Positions 19,503 through 31,414 of a stretch of DNA of 64,000 nucleotides are shown piece by piece. The DNA comes from Candidatus Latescibacterota bacterium. GTDB taxonomy: Bacteria > Latescibacterota > UBA2968 > GCA-2709665. Below the pieces are notes generated by a model that was given only the letters and a program-made list of their open reading frames with translations, searched no databases and was not told the origin of the DNA. Location of the stretch: assembly GCA_965222075.1 (NCBI GenBank), contig OZ244937.1, forward strand, positions 2,848,001 to 2,912,000. Direction: 5' to 3'. The translations under genes were made by a program, and so were the position numbers. Numbering within the stretch: the first letter of the stretch is position 1; every line of letters begins with the position of its first letter.

Positions 19503-20678
19503 ATGTCAGACAAGGAACTCACCCTCCGCTACGGATGCAACCCACACCAGACCCCGGCCAGGGTCTATCACAAAAGGGGTCCCCTGCCCTTCACCGTCCT
19601 CAACGGCGCCCCCGGCTACATCAACCTCCTGGACGCCCTCAACGCCTGGCAGCTCGTGCGGGAACTCCGCCAGGTGCTCGACCTGCCCGCTGCGGCCTCG
19701 TTCAAACACGTCAGCCCCGCCGGGGCGGCCGTATCCATTCCCTTAAGCGACCCCCTCAAAAAGGCCTACTTCGTAGACGACATGGACCTCTCCCCCTCAG
19801 GCGTTGCCTATGCCCGCGCCCGGGGTGCAGACCGGCTCTCCTCTTATGGAGACTGTGCGGCGCTCAGCGACCCGGTTGACGTCCCCACTGCCCGGCTGCT
19901 GCGCCGGGAGGTCTCCGATGGGGTGATTGCCCCCGGCTATGAACCGGATGCCCTGAAAATCCTGAAAAAGAAAAAAGGGGGCAGCTACATGGTCCTCCAG
20001 ATTGACCCCGATTACGAACCGGAAGAGATGGAGACGCGGCACGTCTTCGGCATTACTCTGGAACAGAAGCGGAACAGCCTGGTCATCGGCCCGGAAATCC
20101 TCGAAAACGTCGTCACCAAAAATAAGCAACTCCCTCCCGACAAAGCCAGGGACCTCCTGGTCGCCACCATCGTCCTGAAATACACCCAGTCCAACTCTAT
20201 CTGTCTCGCCACCGACGGGCAGGCCGTCGGCATCGGCGCAGGACAGCAGAACCGGCTCGCCTGCACCCACCTGGCCGCAACCAAGGCCGAGGCCTGGTGC
20301 CTGCGTCAGCACCCGGCCGTGCTCGACCTGAAATTCAAAAAGGGCCTGAAACGGCCCGAAAAGATCAATGCCATCGAACGCTACCTGAAGGGAGAAATGA
20401 CCCCGGAAGAGCAAAATGTCTGGAAGGCCGCCTTTAAAGAGGTCCCCCAGGATTTAAGCGCCGAGGCCAAACGGGAATGGCTGAGGCGCTTAGACGGTAT
20501 CTCCCTCAGCTCAGACGCCTTAATTCCCTTCCGGGACAACATCGACCGGGCCGCCCGTAGCGGAGTGAAATACGTGGTCCATACCGGAGGGTCCATGCGG
20601 GATGACGACGTCGCCGCCGCCGCCGACGAATACGGGATGGTCATGGCCATCTCCGGCGTCCGGCTCTTCCACCATTGA
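19503..20678 (+). CDS. purH: AICAR formyltransferase, short form without IMP cyclohydrolase domain
   Basis: LRYGCNPHQ, GYINLLDALN, SFKHVSPAGAA, KYTQSNS, SSDALIPFRDNI, RLFHH. Confidence 0.9.
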   Translation: MSDKELTLRYGCNPHQTPARVYHKRGPLPFTVLNGAPGYINLLDALNAWQLVRELRQVLDLPAAASFKHVSPAGAAVSIPLSDPLKKAYFVDDMDLSPSGVAYARARGADRLSSYGDCAALSDPVDVPTARLLRREVSDGVIAPGYEPDALKILKKKKGGSYMVLQIDPDYEPEEMETRHVFGITLEQKRNSLVIGPEILENVVTKNKQLPPDKARDLLVATIVLKYTQSNSICLATDGQAVGIGAGQQNRLACTHLAATKAEAWCLRQHPAVLDLKFKKGLKRPEKINAIERYLKGEMTPEEQNVWKAAFKEVPQDLSAEAKREWLRRLDGISLSSDALIPFRDNIDRAARSGVKYVVHTGGSMRDDDVAAAADEYGMVMAISGVRLFHH

Positions 20679-20721
20679 AATCCGTTCCGAAAGCCTGCGC
20701 CCCTGGGTTGGACGATTTCAT

Positions 20722-20776
20722 ACCTTAACGTTACGTCAAATTTTCGATTGACTTTAACGTTACGTCAAAGTATATT
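20722..20776 (+). promoter_or_regulatory. Duplicated MerR-type dyad operator with sigma70 promoter
   Basis: TTAACGTTACGTCAAA at 20725-20740 and 20754-20769. The second copy fills the spacer of TTGACT(20748)-17-TATATT(20771). Confidence 0.75.
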
Positions 20777-20862
20777 TATGAAGAAATTCAGTCCCCCATC
20801 CAGAAAGAGAAAAACCGGGAAATTGCCCTATGTCCCATCGCAGCGATAAGGAAAACGAAACC

Positions 20863-21324
20863 ATGCACATCGGCAGGTTGGCTCAGCAGGCGGGTACCAC
20901 CACTCGCACCGTACGCTACTACGAAGAGATGGGACTGATACGGCCCGAAAGTCGGAGCCCTGGAGGCTTTCGCTGCTACTCCGGAGAGCAACTCGCCCGG
21001 CTGCGGATGATCCTGAGTCTCAAGGAAATGGAGTTCGACCTTGAACAGATCAAGGTCATTCTGGACAAACAGCACGAAAACGGCACCGGCGGAGAACTGG
21101 CCGCTGCCATTTTAAAAGACCTCAACAGTCGTCTCGAAGAGGTCGACAACCAGATCGAACACTACCTCCAGCTTCGCGACAAATTGAGGCGGAGCATTGA
21201 CAGCCTCTGCAGTTGTCTCCCCTGTGAACTCAGGCTGGAAGAGCGCCTCTGTCCCAGTTGTGATGTGCTGCGCATAGAAAAAAAGGAATCCCTTCCCTTC
21301 TTCCATGCGATCCTGTCCAACTGA
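20863..21324 (+). CDS. MerR family transcriptional regulator with Cys-rich C-terminus
   Basis: IGRLAQQAGTTTRTVRYYEEMGLI..R..GGFRCYS; C-terminal CSCLPC...CPSC. Alternative start at 20830. Confidence 0.9.
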   Translation: MHIGRLAQQAGTTTRTVRYYEEMGLIRPESRSPGGFRCYSGEQLARLRMILSLKEMEFDLEQIKVILDKQHENGTGGELAAAILKDLNSRLEEVDNQIEHYLQLRDKLRRSIDSLCSCLPCELRLEERLCPSCDVLRIEKKESLPFFHAILSN

Positions 21325-21513
21325 TTTAGACTAAAAAATGCACCGCCAGTTCCCGGACCTCCTACAGTCGAAAACTGGCGGCTTGCAAGAGGATGCACCC
21401 CAGAGAATGTGACAACAGAGAATACAGCCTCCTGTTTCTGATTAATATAAAATATAAAGGACGGTTCTCAAATTGTCAACCCGCCTGTCTACACAACGAG
21501 AGATGTCACAGAG

Positions 21514-22353
21514 ATGAAACGGAAAACCACATCGGGTTCGGAAAGGACTCCGGGCGAAGCCACCGCCATCTATCTGAGGGATATCCGGAAGTATCTCCCC
21601 TTAAACCGTGAGGAAGAGGCCAGCCTGCTCGCCGCTGCGCGTAAAGGCGACCGAAAGGCCCTGAACCACCTCATCACCGCCAACCTCCGCTTCGTGGTCC
21701 GGGTCGCAGGGAAATATAAGGGTCGGGGGTTGCCCCTTTCCGACCTGATTGCAGAGGGCAACCTGGGCCTGATTCGGGCTACGCAAACCTTCGAACCCGA
21801 CCGGGGGCACAAGTTTATCACCTACGCGGTTTGGTGGATCCGGCAGGCCATCCTCTCAGCGCTCAACCGGCAGACCCATCCGGTGGCCTTCCCGGTGAAT
21901 CAGATCGACGACCTCGAAACCGTCAACCGGGCTGCCAGCGTCCTTTCCCAGGCACTGGGGCGTCCTCCCGGTTTGGATGAGCTTGCCGAAGTGACCGAGA
22001 TGAGCCCCAGACGGATGCGTCGCGCCCTGGAGGCAAACCAGTCGCCCTTCTACCTGGACAGCCCCATCTACGACGATAGCAATATCCTGTATGCCGATAT
22101 CTTTCCGGCCTCTGATCCGGGCCCCGACGAGTGGGTGGACGAGGTCCGGCTGCGGCAGCTCCTCCGGGAAAGCCTGGATGAACTGCCAGAACGAGAGGCG
22201 CAGATCCTCAACCTCTATTTCGGGCTTGATGCCGACAAGCCCCAATCTTTGGAACGGGTTGGAAAGCGGTTCCAGATCAGCCGGGAGCGTGTCCGGCAGA
22301 TTAAAGACCGCGCCCTCAACCGACTCCGTCAGCGCATGGCCAAGAACAGGTGA
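21514..22353 (+). CDS. Sigma-70 family (RpoD/RpoS-like, lacks region 1.1) sigma factor
   Basis: YLRDI, ANLRFVV, DLIAEGNLGL, KFITYAVWWIRQAI, ISRERVRQIK. Confidence 0.9.
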   Translation: MKRKTTSGSERTPGEATAIYLRDIRKYLPLNREEEASLLAAARKGDRKALNHLITANLRFVVRVAGKYKGRGLPLSDLIAEGNLGLIRATQTFEPDRGHKFITYAVWWIRQAILSALNRQTHPVAFPVNQIDDLETVNRAASVLSQALGRPPGLDELAEVTEMSPRRMRRALEANQSPFYLDSPIYDDSNILYADIFPASDPGPDEWVDEVRLRQLLRESLDELPEREAQILNLYFGLDADKPQSLERVGKRFQISRERVRQIKDRALNRLRQRMAKNR

Positions 22354-22374
22354 TGCTGCTCCTTCATAAAAATA

Positions 22375-22410
22375 AAAAACGGGAAAACCGTTTTCTGCTT
22401 CCCCGTTTTT
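22375..22410. terminator. Bidirectional intrinsic terminator between convergent genes
   Basis: AAAAACGGG...CCCGTTTTT hairpin with A/T tails on both sides. Confidence 0.6.
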
Positions 22411-22424
22411 TCGTCTGTCCCGGC

Positions 22425-23609
22425 TCATCTACTCTGGAGAACCTGCTGCCGCAGCTGCCACAGTTCCTGCTGCAAACGGTCGATTTTCTGAAATAGCGCC
22501 TCCTGACTCCGATCCGACGGAAGAGAAGGAGGGGAGAAAAAATCGAACACGTCGTTTTCCATGAGAACCTCCGCAGACATCCGCCCTACCTCGACCCGGG
22601 CGGTCATAGACGTGACACCCCGTCTGATCTGCATCTGAACCGGGGCCCCGGGAGACGTTGCCGCAACCAGACTTTTGAGATGCTCACCGCTTAAAATTGG
22701 CTTCCCCTGGTAGGAGAGAATGAGGTCTCCGGGACGTATGCCGCTCGCTGCGGCCGGACCCCCAGCCGATACGTTGATAACCCGGACTCCCTGTTCTGGA
22801 TCGTACTCCCCCTCGACCCCCAGCCATCCATAGACGACTTCCTGTTCGGCGATAAGCCTTCGAGCGATCCGGACGGCCCGGTTGATAGGAATAACAAAGA
22901 CCGTAGCGGGAAACTCTTGCCACCCCGAGATGACCTCGGAATCTCCGTCCTGTTTCCCACTCTTTCGAAGCGCGGCCCACGGGTTCAGGAAGGTCCAGGC
23001 TATCCCGACAACCTCTCCGGTGCTGCTGAATACCGGCGCGCCTCCATAGCCAGAGTGCACCGGAGCCATAATATGAATGAGACCCCCATCTCGGTTAACC
23101 TCGTAGACCGACCCGAACGAAGGGGTCAGGTTGCCAAAGGTATTGCCCAAAATGAAAGCATAGTGACCGATCCGTACCCGACCGGAACTTCCAAGCGTAG
23201 CAGCAGGGAGGCTGTCCGCCTCAACCCGAATAACCGCCACCTCCGAAGCAGGATCTGAAGCAACAAACGTGGCCCGGGTTTGCAGCCCCGAAGCCAGCGT
23301 GACCCGAATCTCTTCTGCCCCCCGAACCGCTTCCTCGACGGTCAGAATATATCCTCTTGGATCAAACACAAAACCGGTCCCGTGCATAAATCCCGCTCCA
23401 AACCCAGCCTCTTCCCCCGAATGGGCGTAAAAGGCATGAATGCGAACAACGCTGGACCGATTGTCTTCTAAAATGGTGGCTCTCTCCTCCTCAATCTTGT
23501 GCAGCAGGCTCCGCTGTTCCCCGGCCCACCCCATCCCTGGCCCGCAAAGGAGCGCCAGCCCCACCAGGATCGTAAAGATCCATATCGCGCTTTTCCATCC
23601 CACGTCCAT
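22425..23609 (-). CDS. HtrA/DegP-like trypsin-fold + PDZ protein, catalytic triad substituted
   Basis: N-terminal signal/TM. GTGFVFDPRGYILT, DPASEVAVIRV, GNTFG, GYGGAPV; PDZ GWLGV..GGPAAASGIRPGDLI. Confidence 0.8.
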   Translation of the reverse strand: MDVGWKSAIWIFTILVGLALLCGPGMGWAGEQRSLLHKIEEERATILEDNRSSVVRIHAFYAHSGEEAGFGAGFMHGTGFVFDPRGYILTVEEAVRGAEEIRVTLASGLQTRATFVASDPASEVAVIRVEADSLPAATLGSSGRVRIGHYAFILGNTFGNLTPSFGSVYEVNRDGGLIHIMAPVHSGYGGAPVFSSTGEVVGIAWTFLNPWAALRKSGKQDGDSEVISGWQEFPATVFVIPINRAVRIARRLIAEQEVVYGWLGVEGEYDPEQGVRVINVSAGGPAAASGIRPGDLILSYQGKPILSGEHLKSLVAATSPGAPVQMQIRRGVTSMTARVEVGRMSAEVLMENDVFDFFSPPSLPSDRSQEALFQKIDRLQQELWQLRQQVLQSR

Positions 23610-23671
23610 AAAACCCGTTATCCCTCTTCCTCAGCCTCCTGGCCCTGTCCTGCCAACCAGGAAGGAAACGG

Positions 23672-24277
23672 TTAGAATCGGACCGACACCCGCTGCACCC
23701 CCGACGGGCGCCTGCGCTGTCGGGCAGGGGTGCGAGTCGCAGGCCTCATACTATCCGATTGAGAAGTGTAGAACTGCAAAGCAGAACGCGAAATCGGATA
23801 CGACGCACCCTGGGAAACCTGCTTGAGGGCGCCCCGACCGTTCATTGTCGGATAGGCCGGCAAAGTCCCTGCAGGCCTCTGTACACCTCCCGATCCAGGG
23901 ACCTCCCAGGCCACCGATTTCTCGCTGGGTTTCTCATTCAAAACAGTCGTCACGCCCAGCGCCAGAAGAGCGACGGCCACTCCGGACACAAGCACGCGTG
24001 GGACGGAAGGAAAAAGAAACGCCTGCAGCCTCCGCCGCCACTGTTTCGCTTCGGCAACCTCCATTAAAAGACGGCTTCGAAGCGCAAAATCGAATCCTAC
24101 GGAAGGGCGCACCCAGGACAACCGGGCCAGCCGATCCATCAGGGGCTGCATATTCTTCACAATTTCAGCGCACGAGGGACAATCAGCAATGTGGCGGTCC
24201 ATCGTCGCCCGATCATCCCCTGCGACTTCCCTTTCAATATAGTCCGAAGCCCGTTCCGAAAACTCACCACAGGTCAT
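23672..24277 (-). CDS. Zinc-finger (ZAS) anti-sigma factor with one TM helix
   Basis: MTC...HIADCPSC (HxxxCxxC); TM VLVSGVAVALLALGV; lies directly downstream of the ECF sigma. Confidence 0.85.
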   Translation of the reverse strand: MTCGEFSERASDYIEREVAGDDRATMDRHIADCPSCAEIVKNMQPLMDRLARLSWVRPSVGFDFALRSRLLMEVAEAKQWRRRLQAFLFPSVPRVLVSGVAVALLALGVTTVLNEKPSEKSVAWEVPGSGGVQRPAGTLPAYPTMNGRGALKQVSQGASYPISRSALQFYTSQSDSMRPATRTPARQRRRPSGVQRVSVRF

Positions 24278-24312
24278 TGAACGATCCTTCCCTCAAAACC
24301 ACCCCGTTTATA

Positions 24313-24368
24313 TTTTGGATTGCGGATTGTGGAATAAAGGCTTTTCAATCCAAAATCCAAAATTCAAA
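24313..24368. repeat. Inverted heptamer repeat element (TTGCGGA-like units facing TCCAAAA-like units)
   Basis: ttttgga ttgcgga ttgtgga ... tccaaaa tccaaaa ttcaaa; overlaps the ECF stop codon. Confidence 0.65.
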
Positions 24369-24975
24369 CCTCCAGCCCCACATCCCGTCCCTCGTTTTTG
24401 AGCTTCTGCTGAAGCTTCAGCCTGGCCCGGTTCACGCGCGATTTGACCGTCCCAACGGGACATACAACGATCTCCGAAATCTCCTGATAAGAGAGGCCCT
24501 CTACATCCCGCAGCAGGATCACCTGGCGGTAGTTCGCAGACAGCGACAGGATGGCCTGCTGAATCTGGACATCTGCGATCGAAGATTCCGTCACCGTGTC
24601 GGGGCGGTAAGACTCATCCGGCAGGTCCAGCCCGGTATCGAACGCCTCATCCTTGTGCAGGGAAAAAAGCCGCCACCGCTTGCGCCGCCGCAGTTCGCTT
24701 TTGGCCAGATTGCCGGCAATCGTAAAAAGCCAGGTGGAAAAATTGGCGATGGCCCGGTACTCTTGCCGCTTCCGAAATGCCCGCAGGAAGGTCTCCTGAA
24801 CAATATCTTCGGCCGTCTCCCGGTCTCCTACAAACCGGAAAATAAAGTTATAAAGCCTTATCCTGTAGCGGTTTACAATCTTTCCATAGGCGTCTATATC
24901 TCCGCTTGAAACATCTGCCAATACCTCGACATCCGACTGATCTTCGGCCCCAGTTCTGGAGTTGACCATAAGCAT
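24364..24975 (-). CDS. ECF sigma factor (RpoE/SigW-like)
   Basis: AEDIVQETFLRA, FSTWLFTIA, GLSYQEISE, GTVKSRVNRAR. Confidence 0.92.
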   Translation of the reverse strand: MLMVNSRTGAEDQSDVEVLADVSSGDIDAYGKIVNRYRIRLYNFIFRFVGDRETAEDIVQETFLRAFRKRQEYRAIANFSTWLFTIAGNLAKSELRRRKRWRLFSLHKDEAFDTGLDLPDESYRPDTVTESSIADVQIQQAILSLSANYRQVILLRDVEGLSYQEISEIVVCPVGTVKSRVNRARLKLQQKLKNEGRDVGLEV

Positions 24976-25107
24976 ATATTCTCCTCCCCTTTGAGCCTAT
25001 ACTCCCCTCTTTTAAGCCTCTGGACAGACTCTGATGAATAAAACAACCCTGAAAACGGCAAGCCCCAATGTAGTGTCACATGTGAAAATATGCTTAATAG
25101 GCGACTT

Positions 25108-25135
25108 TTAAACCCGTTGGAGCCTGAAAAGTTCC
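25108..25135 (-). promoter_or_regulatory. Putative autoregulatory ECF promoter
   Basis: Minus strand GGAACT-16nt-GTTTAA, resembling the sigmaE consensus. Confidence 0.4.
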
Positions 25136-25427
25136 CCAAAAAAACAGTTTGCCCCATCCCCCCAACCCCAATCCCAAGTTGCGAGTGCACCAAGACGTCC
25201 TCTTGCCGCTCACGACTCACGACACTTTTAATATAACAGAATCCAGAAGCCCAAAACAGAGGAAAAATCGACGCGCCATCCCCTTGCCAGTGCCCGCTTT
25301 CTCTACTTGACATCGCTTCGATTCTCCCTATATTACTACCCTGCTGGCAACATCGGTTTCCACAGTCTTTAGACAGCTTTCTGGATCGCTGTCGGGTTGT
25401 CCAAAACAGAAAGTGAGGGACATTCTA

Positions 25428-27434
25428 ATGGCAGCAAAACCGGATGCATCGCTGGTGACAGAACAGGATGGGAAGTTCCTCCCACCCGCAGACTTCAGCA
25501 GCCGGGCCTACATCAAAAACCTGGAGGAGTATCAGAAGCGCTACCAGGAATCGATCGAAGACACGGAGGGGTTCTGGGATAGGGTGGCCGAAGACTTTCA
25601 CTGGTACAAGAAATGGGACAGGGTGCGGTCCTTCAACTACGATCTGAACCAGGGGCCCATCTCCATCAGATGGTTCGAAGGCGCCAAGAGTAATATCACC
25701 TACAACTGCCTGGACCGGCACTTAGAGACGCGCGGCGATCAGGTGGCCATTATCTGGGAAGGCAACGAACCGGGAGAGGATGCAAAGCTTACCTACCGGG
25801 AATTGCACGAACAGGTCAGCAAGTGCGCCAATATCCTTAAGTCCCGGGATGTGAAAAAGGGCGATCGGGTCTCCATCTATATGCCGATGATCCCCGAGCT
25901 GGCCATCGCGATGCTGGCCTGTGCCCGCATCGGGGCGGTTCACAGCATCGTCTTCGGCGGCTTCTCGGCCGATTCGCTGGCCGACCGGATCGTGGACTCG
26001 ACCTGCCAGGTGCTCCTGACCACAGACGGGATGTTTCGAGGAGACAGACCCATGCCCCGGAAAGAGCCCGCCGACGAGGCCATGGCCCTGGCCGACACGC
26101 GGATGGGCGGGAAAAAGGTGGAGACCTGTATCGTGGTCCGCCGCGTGGGAGAGGGCAAGGGCATCGAATGCACGATGCAGGAAGGACGGGATATCTGGTG
26201 GGATGAGGCCATGCAAAGCGCCAGCCCGGAGTGCCCCTGCGAAGAGATGGATGCGGAAGACCCCCTCTACATCCTCTACACCTCCGGGTCTACGGGCAAG
26301 CCCAAGGGGGTGCAGCACAACGTGGGCGGGTATATGGTCTACACCGGCTTTTCCCACAAGACCATCTTCGACTACCACGACGGTGACATCTACTTCTGCG
26401 CAGCCGACATCGGCTGGGTGACGGGGCATTCCTACATCATCTACGGACCGCTGGCCAACGGGGCCACCTCGGTGATGTTTGAAAGCACGCCGTTATATCC
26501 CCAGCCGGACCGCTACTGGAAGGTGATCGACAAATACGGCGTAAACCAGTTCTATACCGCCCCCACCGCCATCCGGGCGCTCACCAGGGAGGGCGAGGAG
26601 TGGCCGGCCAAATACGATCTGTCTTCGCTTCGGCTTTTGGGCACGGTGGGCGAACCCATCAACCCGGAGGCGTGGCTGTGGTATCACCGCAACATCGGTC
26701 GGGAACGCTGCCCGATTGTGGATACCTGGTGGCAGACCGAGACGGGCGGCATCCTGATCACCCCGCTGCCGGGAGCGACCCCCACCAAGCCTGGATCGGC
26801 CACCCTGCCCTTTTTCGGGACCAAACCCGTGGTGATCGATCCGGAAAACGGGAAGGTGCTGGAGGAGAACGACGTAAGCGGAGTGCTGGCGATTGCCGAA
26901 CCCTGGCCGGGGCAGATGCGGACGATCTACGGCGACCACGCCCGGTTCGAGCAGACCTATTTTGAGACCTACAAGGGGTTCTACTTCACCGGGGATGGTG
27001 TTCGGCGAGATGAGGATGGCTATTACTGGATCACCGGCCGCGTGGATGACGTCCTCAATATCTCCGGCCACCGGATGGGCACCGCAGAGGTCGAAAGCGC
27101 CCTGGTGTCGCACGCGAAGGTGGCCGAGTCTGCCGTGGTAGGCTTCCCGCACGAGATCAAGGGTCAGGGCATCTACGCCTATGTGACCCTCAACGCAGGA
27201 GAGGAATACACCGAGAACCTGCGCGAGGAACTCCGGCAGTGGGTGCGCAAAGAGATCGGACCGATCGCCACGCCCGATGTGATCCACTGGGCACCCGGTC
27301 TGCCAAAGACCCGGTCGGGGAAGATCATGCGCAGGATCCTCCGCAAAATTGCCTCGGACGACACGGACGATCTGGGAGACATCTCCACCCTGGCCGACCC
27401 GGCCGTGGTGGACCAGCTACTGGTGAACAAATAG
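25428..27434 (+). CDS. acs: Acetyl-CoA synthetase
   Basis: [58 protein letters not shown]. Confidence 0.97.
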   Translation: MAAKPDASLVTEQDGKFLPPADFSSRAYIKNLEEYQKRYQESIEDTEGFWDRVAEDFHWYKKWDRVRSFNYDLNQGPISIRWFEGAKSNITYNCLDRHLETRGDQVAIIWEGNEPGEDAKLTYRELHEQVSKCANILKSRDVKKGDRVSIYMPMIPELAIAMLACARIGAVHSIVFGGFSADSLADRIVDSTCQVLLTTDGMFRGDRPMPRKEPADEAMALADTRMGGKKVETCIVVRRVGEGKGIECTMQEGRDIWWDEAMQSASPECPCEEMDAEDPLYILYTSGSTGKPKGVQHNVGGYMVYTGFSHKTIFDYHDGDIYFCAADIGWVTGHSYIIYGPLANGATSVMFESTPLYPQPDRYWKVIDKYGVNQFYTAPTAIRALTREGEEWPAKYDLSSLRLLGTVGEPINPEAWLWYHRNIGRERCPIVDTWWQTETGGILITPLPGATPTKPGSATLPFFGTKPVVIDPENGKVLEENDVSGVLAIAEPWPGQMRTIYGDHARFEQTYFETYKGFYFTGDGVRRDEDGYYWITGRVDDVLNISGHRMGTAEVESALVSHAKVAESAVVGFPHEIKGQGIYAYVTLNAGEEYTENLREELRQWVRKEIGPIATPDVIHWAPGLPKTRSGKIMRRILRKIASDDTDDLGDISTLADPAVVDQLLVNK

Positions 27435-27457
27435 GCAAAATGCCTGCATCAACCATC

Positions 27458-27486
27458 GTAGGGGCGCCCCGGCGAGGCGCCCCTAC
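27458..27486 (+). repeat. GTAG-type REP palindrome
   Basis: GTAGGGGCGCC-CCGGCGA-GGCGCCCCTAC. Confidence 0.75.
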
Positions 27487-27507
27487 CCTTTTTCTGTTCC
27501 TGAGCCT

Positions 27508-28197
27508 ATGTCTGATCCCCAAAAGGCCCTGCTGCTCCTCTCCGGCGGCATGGACTCCACCACGCTCCTCTGGTGGATGCGCGCCGAGGGCATCCCCGAA
27601 ATCCATACCGTCGCGGTCAACTACGGACAGCGGCACGCCGTCGAACTCGCGTACAGCGCAACTCTCTCCCGCCTGGCCGGTGCCCGTTCACACCGCTGTC
27701 TCAAGCTCGACCTGCAGCAGATCGGTGCAACCCCTCTCACCGACGCGGGCCTGTCGGTCCCCCAGGCCGCCCAGAACCAGCAGATCCGGACCGTGGTCCC
27801 CTACCGGAACATGCTCTTTGTGACCCTGGCAGCTGCCTTGGCAGAGACGCAGGGCATCTACACGGTCTACATCTCCCCCGTTCGGGACGACTATGCCGCC
27901 TACCGGGACTGCCGGCGGGAATTCTACGACGCCCTGGAAGGGGCGCTCTGTCTGGGCGCAACCCGAGAAACAGACCTCCACATACACACCCCCTTTGTGG
28001 ACAAATGGAAAACCGAAGTGGTCCGAATCGGCCTGGGCCTCAACGTCCCCTACAATCAGACCCACACCTGCTATGAGGGCACGCGCCCCGCCTGCGGCCG
28101 CTGCGACGCCTGCGCCGAGCGTATCGCCGCCTTCCGCGAAAACGGCGTAAGGGATCCCCTCACCTACGAAACGGAAATCGATTGGACCGTCGGGTAG
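27508..28197 (+). CDS. queC: 7-cyano-7-deazaguanine synthase
   Basis: LSGGMDSTT, NYGQRH, VPYRN, YRDCR, THTCY..CGRCDAC. Confidence 0.9.
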   Translation: MSDPQKALLLLSGGMDSTTLLWWMRAEGIPEIHTVAVNYGQRHAVELAYSATLSRLAGARSHRCLKLDLQQIGATPLTDAGLSVPQAAQNQQIRTVVPYRNMLFVTLAAALAETQGIYTVYISPVRDDYAAYRDCRREFYDALEGALCLGATRETDLHIHTPFVDKWKTEVVRIGLGLNVPYNQTHTCYEGTRPACGRCDACAERIAAFRENGVRDPLTYETEIDWTVG

Positions 28198-28267
28198 CCC
28201 GCCGCTTGCACCCCTGCCTCAAAGAAGATTTTTCTCTTTTTTTCGCGTCCTTCCGTGTCCCTCCGTG

Positions 28268-29206
28268 CTACGCATTCTTCAGCGCCATCACCGTCTCAAT
28301 GAGCCGACGGTCGGCCTTGTATCGAAGCTCCAGGATCTGTTCAACATCTTCTAAATTCTCGTCTCCCAACTCCAGCCTGTAGACCTCGATCCGATCGGCC
28401 AGGGCATTCATCACCATATCCAGCAATATGACATCGGTAGCGTCGTCTTCCACCATACACTCGTCGGCCAGCACCTTCCGGATCACCCGCAGGCGCTCCG
28501 ACAGGGCCTGGGTATCGATAGGATTCACAGGACCATCTGTGACCAGAGGAGTGGCAAGCATCGTCAGAAAACCCTCACTGAGAAACCTTCGGGCCTTGTC
28601 CTCGGTCCAGGTTTCCGAAAGGATTTCTGAAATCGCCTGGGAGACGCCCGCAGACGAGCTATTGACCCGGCTGTCCTGGCGGGCATCCGCTTCGACATCC
28701 TCCCGGGCAGAGGAACGGCGACGGCGCGGCCGGCGCCTCCGAGACCGGCGGGCATCCTGAGAGGGCTCTGCTTCGCCTTCGGATTCGGCCGGCTGGACCT
28801 TAGGCTGCAGCTCTGCCTCCTCTGCGGTCTCCTCCGCCTTGGTCTCGGCCGCTACTGCCTTCTTCACCGTCCTGCGCGTGCGCGTCGCCCCCTTTGCAGA
28901 TGCCCCCTTAGCACGCTTCGCTGGCCGACGCGACACCACCTTCTTCTCTGAAACCTCCGCCGCGGGCTGAACCTCTCCCGCACCCTCTTCCCCCCCCACT
29001 TCGGCCGCTACCGCCTTCTTCACCGTCCTGCGCGTGCGCGTCGCCCCCTTTGCAGATGCCCCCTTAGCACGCTTCGCTGGCCGACGCGACACCACCTTCT
29101 TCTCTGAAACCTCCGCCGCGGGCTGAACCTCTCCCTCTTTTGGGCTTTCCACATCCATCTCAATTTCCTTCTGGGGATCTGGTTCCGAACCTGACAAAAC
29201 TTCCAT
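28268..29206 (-). CDS. Hypothetical protein: low-complexity Lys/Arg/Glu-rich N-terminus with duplicated segment and a helical C-terminal domain
   Basis: 312-aa ORF, SD GGGAGGG, upstream TTGGAT-17-TATATT. Confidence 0.7.
   Translation of the reverse strand: MEVLSGSEPDPQKEIEMDVESPKEGEVQPAAEVSEKKVVSRRPAKRAKGASAKGATRTRRTVKKAVAAEVGGEEGAGEVQPAAEVSEKKVVSRRPAKRAKGASAKGATRTRRTVKKAVAAETKAEETAEEAELQPKVQPAESEGEAEPSQDARRSRRRRPRRRRSSAREDVEADARQDSRVNSSSAGVSQAISEILSETWTEDKARRFLSEGFLTMLATPLVTDGPVNPIDTQALSERLRVIRKVLADECMVEDDATDVILLDMVMNALADRIEVYRLELGDENLEDVEQILELRYKADRRLIETVMALKNA
28845..29135. repeat. 135-bp direct repeat (period 156 bp, 1 mismatch) inside the CDS
   Basis: 28845-28979 versus 29001-29135. 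Confidence 0.9.
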
Positions 29207-29342
29207 AACCCTCCCTTCCGTACTGCCCCTTCATACCTGGACATACGGGTAAAAATCCCTGCGTGGATTCCGAATCGGGCGGATAAACGTTCACCCGGCG
29301 TCCTGATAATATAGAAAAAATATCTCCGAAATCCAACTGTTC

Positions 29343-29378
29343 AAAAAAAGGGATCGGCTCCTTTGGGCCGATCCCTTT
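29343..29378 (-). terminator. groESL intrinsic terminator
   Basis: GGGATCGGC/GCCGATCCC stem followed by T7 on the minus strand. Confidence 0.85.
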
Positions 29379-29400
29379 ACCGTTGACATCCAACGGGGTC

Positions 29401-31355
<1,955 letters not shown>

Positions 31356-31414
31356 GGAAGTTCCTCCTTTAAAAGTTAGTAAAGATTATTGATTTATATA
31401 GACTTTGGAAGTTG

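Noticed and set aside
27508-28197. QueC as a defence component (Qat/CBASS IV-like)
   Set aside because: Canonical length and motifs, with no defence neighbours.
28240-28268. CACGGAGGGACACGGAAG-like motif, with a similar one near 53291-53322
   Set aside because: Similarity too degenerate to define a family from two copies.
28845-29135. Direct repeats as CRISPR or IS ends
   Set aside because: Two long in-frame intragenic copies; no spacers, cas or transposase.
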